Source: the human T2T-CHM13v2.0 reference genome, Homo sapiens. Taken from it: DNA of 64,000 nt. The stretch lies in NCBI RefSeq assembly GCF_009914755.1, contig NC_060931.1; one strand, written 5' to 3'. Positions 58,681-64,000 of this stretch are shown here, piece after piece; position 1 is the stretch's first letter; every line of letters begins with the position of its first letter. Below the pieces are notes generated by a model. The model saw nothing but the letters and a program-made list of their open reading frames with translations, was not told the origin of the DNA and did no database searches. A program made the translations under genes and the position numbers.

Positions 58681-59542
58681 AGGACACACCTGCAGGACTC
58701 TTCTCCCGTGTCTGTTCATCACTCAGAGGTGTAGATTCTCCAACAACCCCAGCTTGAGTCTGCTGAGACCCTGTCTGTACTTCTCACCTCCTCCCCATAT
58801 CACAAGCTACTTACACCTTGCAAGTCCCAATCACCAACAGGTCAGAAGAACAGGCTATCATAGAAGAGTCCAGCAAGCCTGCCTGAGCACTGGCTATTAG
58901 CCACTGGGAATTAAGAGGGCAGGGGAGTGAAGAAAGAGGGAAAACCCTAATGTGCTGTGATTCTTTACCACTCCCAAGCCTCTTTCTTTCCTTCCCCCAC
59001 CTCTTGTCTCAGGGCCTTGCATTGTATCTTCATCAAAAGCCAAGGAGCAACAGCAACAGATAGAAACTCCATGCTGCCACTCCCCAGCCATCCTCTCCCC
59101 GCAATTCCCAATCACTTCCCCTCCTTCTTATCTTGCCCAGAGATATTTGGCTACTTTGAGGGTAAAAGCATGAGGGAAGAGTGAACAACTTGGAAAAGAG
59201 CAGAGCTGCATTCCTATGCAAACTTCAAGTGCACCCAGGTTCCTCACACCCCTCCAAAGCCCCCAGCCTTGGTTCCTCATCCTCAAGCCCAAGCCAAGTC
59301 CTCACCCCCACACCTAATGGAGGTTCCATTCCCCCGTAGCTGGTCACGCCTGCCAGTGTGTTCTCAGAGTTCTCAAGGCTCAGGAATTTTGAGACTTTAA
59401 GTGGAAAGTCTGGAGTAATCTTTTACAACATACTTCACACTGCTTAACTGAGAGGAAATGCCATGCAGTTCTCTGGGCATCCCTCCAATCCTCTTTGCGG
59501 ATACAAGGAATATCAGTGTTTCCTGCCCTCTGGATAGCTCTT

Positions 59543-59833
59543 CTTTTTTTTTAGACAGAGTCTCCCTCTGTCACCCAGGCTGGAGTGCAGTGGCCTGGTC
59601 TTGGCTCACTGCAAGCTCCGCCTCCCAGGTTCACGCCATTCTCCTGCCTCAGACTCTTGAGTAGCTAGGACTACAGGAGCCCGCCACCACACCCAGCTAA
59701 TTTTTTTGTATTTTTAGTAGAGATGGGGTTTCACTGGGTTAGCCAGGATGGTCTCAATCTCCTGACCTTGTGATCCTCACGCCTCGGCCTCCCAAAGTGC
59801 TGGGATTACAGGCGTGAGCCACCGTGCCCAGCC
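59543..59833 (-). mobile_element. AluY
   Basis: TSD tggatagctctt. Confidence 0.94.
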
Positions 59834-61503
59834 TGGATAGCTCTTATCTAGAGCCCAGTGGAGATTTGCAGGGTGCTTTGACTTAACTTCCTCCTCCCCT
59901 GGCCCACAACTCAGCTCCCTGGCCCCTAATGACAAGTAGCAATGCAGGACCTCAGCTATGGCACTATTTCTTCCTCTTCCAGGTTGTGTTGCAAAACAGT
60001 TAACTTCCCTTCTCCTACCCACATTTTACATCTTGACCACTTAGTTCCCTCTAATGCCATTGCAAATACTCACCATTCTCTCCTACTCCCAATGCCTGAT
60101 GGGTGGGAAAAATATGAAGTAGACTCTTCATTCGTGCTGCTAGGACTACAGCTGGGCAGATATAGCCTGGAAATATTGAACTGAAACTGAATGAGTCTTC
60201 CATAGAAACCATGTTATAAGAGTTGTTAAAGTCTCTTCTACTGGTATCATGTTTTAAATACATGTGGGTAAGTTGCGATTTGTGTTCTGGCTGGAACCCT
60301 ACCACCCTGTCCTTTCTATGCAAAAACAGGCACTGTAGCCTGGTCCAACAGCTTACAATTTCAATAGCTGAAGCCTGACCTATTAAGGAGACCAGATAAC
60401 TTTAGATTTACAAAGTTTATTAGCATACATGAAAATTGAATTATAGGAGAATAATTCCAGCTTTCATTAATGAAAATTATTTGAGGTATCACTGTAGCTA
60501 TTGTTGTTGCTATTTGGTACCTAACATCATGCCTGGAACGTGTTATGTCCCAGTAAATGTTTTGCTAGATGCTATTGAGCAAATGACATTATAAAACCTG
60601 GGAAAATGGATGTATCTGTACTGAATTGAGAATATCACAAAGGTGAGGCAGACACAAGATAACTTCAGTTGAGATTGGCTTGATCAAGTCATTGGGCGTC
60701 TCTGCAAATGAGCTGGAACTTGAAGATTTATCTTGGTGAGGACAGTTGGTGGGGAGCATACATCAAAAGAGAGCTCTGGCTCTAAAACAGGAAGTGGTGA
60801 GGGCTTACTTCAAATAGGAGAGGTAGCTAATATAAGGGTTTCTGGGAAATAGGAATCATATCTACTGGTAAGGTTGGAGCCGATGCTTGCTGATGCTAGC
60901 TTGCAGCATAGAGGAGTTCTATAAGATACTGGAGATTCCGCCATGTCCTTTTTCTACATCCTCTGACAGATGTTTAGTCCTTTTCCCTACATAGGGCCAA
61001 GGTCATAGAATATAACTGGGGTTGTAGGAATCTCCCTCTACCGTGACCTTCAAGTCCATCCAGCTCTAACCAGTGTCCAATTTAGAATCAGAAATCTGTA
61101 AATTTATTTATATTCATAATTGCGTATGGGAATTTCTCTTCCTAGTTTCCTAATAAAGTGCCATTAGAAAAGTTTCTGTTTTTTCATAGTTCACTAAGTG
61201 GGGAGAGATTTTCCTACAATTATGTTACAAGAATTCAAGAGAGCTAGGGTTGTTTGGGGAGTTCAAGGGAAAACCTCCTCTTTCCGTATCATTTATCCCC
61301 TTCTAGTAAGTCATAATCATTCTTCAAAGTCAAGTTCAAATGTCACATTCCCATTGAGTGATCCTTTCTCTGTTGTCTCCTGCTGTCTTGATCTGGACAC
61401 CAGCGGTAGTACTTGTCATCTGGTATTCCTCTGCATCTGCCAGATTGTAAGATTCTTGAAGCTAGGAGCTAAGCCTTATTCACCTCTTGCACCTAGCATA
61501 GTA

Positions 61504-62674
<1,171 letters not shown>

Positions 62675-62807
62675 ACTTGGCACAAAAATGTCCCAGAGTT
62701 GAGTTGATCTGAGGAGTGGGGAGCAGCTATCCTCACTAGACCCCCACAGGAGCCACCGAGGATGTACATGTCTCATTATGTGAGTCTCTGTTTTTCACGT
62801 AACCCAG

Positions 62808-63017
62808 CACACAAGAGTCAGAGGTCCAACTGCTACAGAATGCCAAACGTTTCACTGAGCAAATACAACAGCAGCAGTTTCACCTGCAGCAAGCTGATAA
62901 TTTTCCAGAAGCGTTCTCCACGGAGGTCTCCAAAATGAGAGAACAACTTCTCAAGTATCAAAATGAATATAATGCAGTGAAGGAAAGAGAGTTCCATAAT
63001 CAGTACAGATTAAATAG
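62808..63017 (+). CDS. CCDC146: CCDC146 internal coding exon (210 nt): (S)[69 protein letters not shown](S), coiled coil
   Basis: Acceptor aacccag|, donor TAG|gtaagt. Open frame, Q/E-rich heptad character, phase 2 matches the preceding exon. Confidence 0.93.
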
Positions 63018-64000
63018 GTAAGTGCACAGTTCTCTCCGGCACACTGAAAAGTCTTTTCCTCATAAATAGAAAAAAATCAGATTAAGTTGGAGGTAATTGA
63101 AGGAGTAGGAGATAGCAGTACGATGATGATTGCAAACCTAGTTCTCTTGATTCCTTAGAATGGAATGGGAATTCCCTGAACAAGAAAGTTACACTTCTCG
63201 AATAAAAGCTCAGGTGACAGAGATGCCTGCTGTGTTTTTCATGTCAGGAAAGCCATCTCATTGAGAGCTGCAGTCAGAGAACACACTCCACCAAACCAGT
63301 TATTAGCATTCCCTTGCCCTTCCCCTGCCCTGGCAGTGGCCCCCTCATCCCGTGACTATAGCAGTACCAGAGCACGCATCTGCATGGTGAGCACTTCTCC
63401 CCACATGCATTTTCCAAACAAGCCTCCATGAGCTGAGGGTCACATGTCATCTGGCTCACTCTATTCTTCTAAGAGAGCAGCAACAGGACCACATATGCAA
63501 ACTTCATCTCCTACTACTAGATTGTTCCTCAGGATCAAGGAGAAAAGGTATATCCTTTTGGAAGACACATTTACTTATCCAAATTTAGAGGACGTCATTT
63601 AGTGAACTAAAGCAGACATTAAGTGCTAAAAGGGGAAATGTTATCTTCAAAATCTCTTCTAACATTCCCCCCATGGAGTAGCAAGTCACTGGAGGAGTTT
63701 GTTCAGCAAGTCATACTATTTAGATTGAATTTGAAAATGATTGCAATTCAAGTTTTCTGCTGTGGTGTGCTGTGTGCTGTGCCTGGGTACAGGAGAGAAA
63801 GCAAAACCGTTTCTCCTAGAGTTTGTTACCATTTAAGGTGGCAGAACTTTCTCTGGCTATTTTTAAGAGTAGGTGGACTTCTGACAGTGCAAATATAATT
63901 CAGTCCTTCCTAGAGATAAGCAAGTGACTTGAGCAACCTCTCAAAGACCTTGTAAGCCCTGGGTTTAAAATCCTCTCTTTGGGGCCTATTTTTTCACTGG

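Overview
Mammalian (primate, almost certainly human) genomic DNA: AT-rich, CpG-depleted and dense in Alu, L1, L2, MIR, LTR and MER repeats. It holds the complete two-exon FGL2 gene (fibroleukin, 439 aa) on the minus strand (CDS 20907-20295 and 18099-17393). FGL2 is nested antisense inside a large intron of the plus-strand gene CCDC146, two internal coding exons of which are visible (58064-58146, 62808-63017); neither exon appears in the supplied ORF track. From recall this is the 7q11.23 locus. The other ORFs in the track are repeat-derived or show no recognisable protein similarity. I see no new multi-gene system. The best leads are structural or regulatory: an ERV1 insertion with two outward-facing LTR 3' ends and a 4-bp target duplication; a ~150-bp duplicated non-repeat block upstream of FGL2; alternative and intronic polyadenylation of FGL2; a tail-to-tail inverted Alu pair; a perfect 55-bp duplication inside an AluY; and microhomology fusion junctions between transposons. 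Repeat subfamily names come from recalled consensus sequences and need a RepeatMasker/Dfam check. Boundaries of old repeats are approximate.
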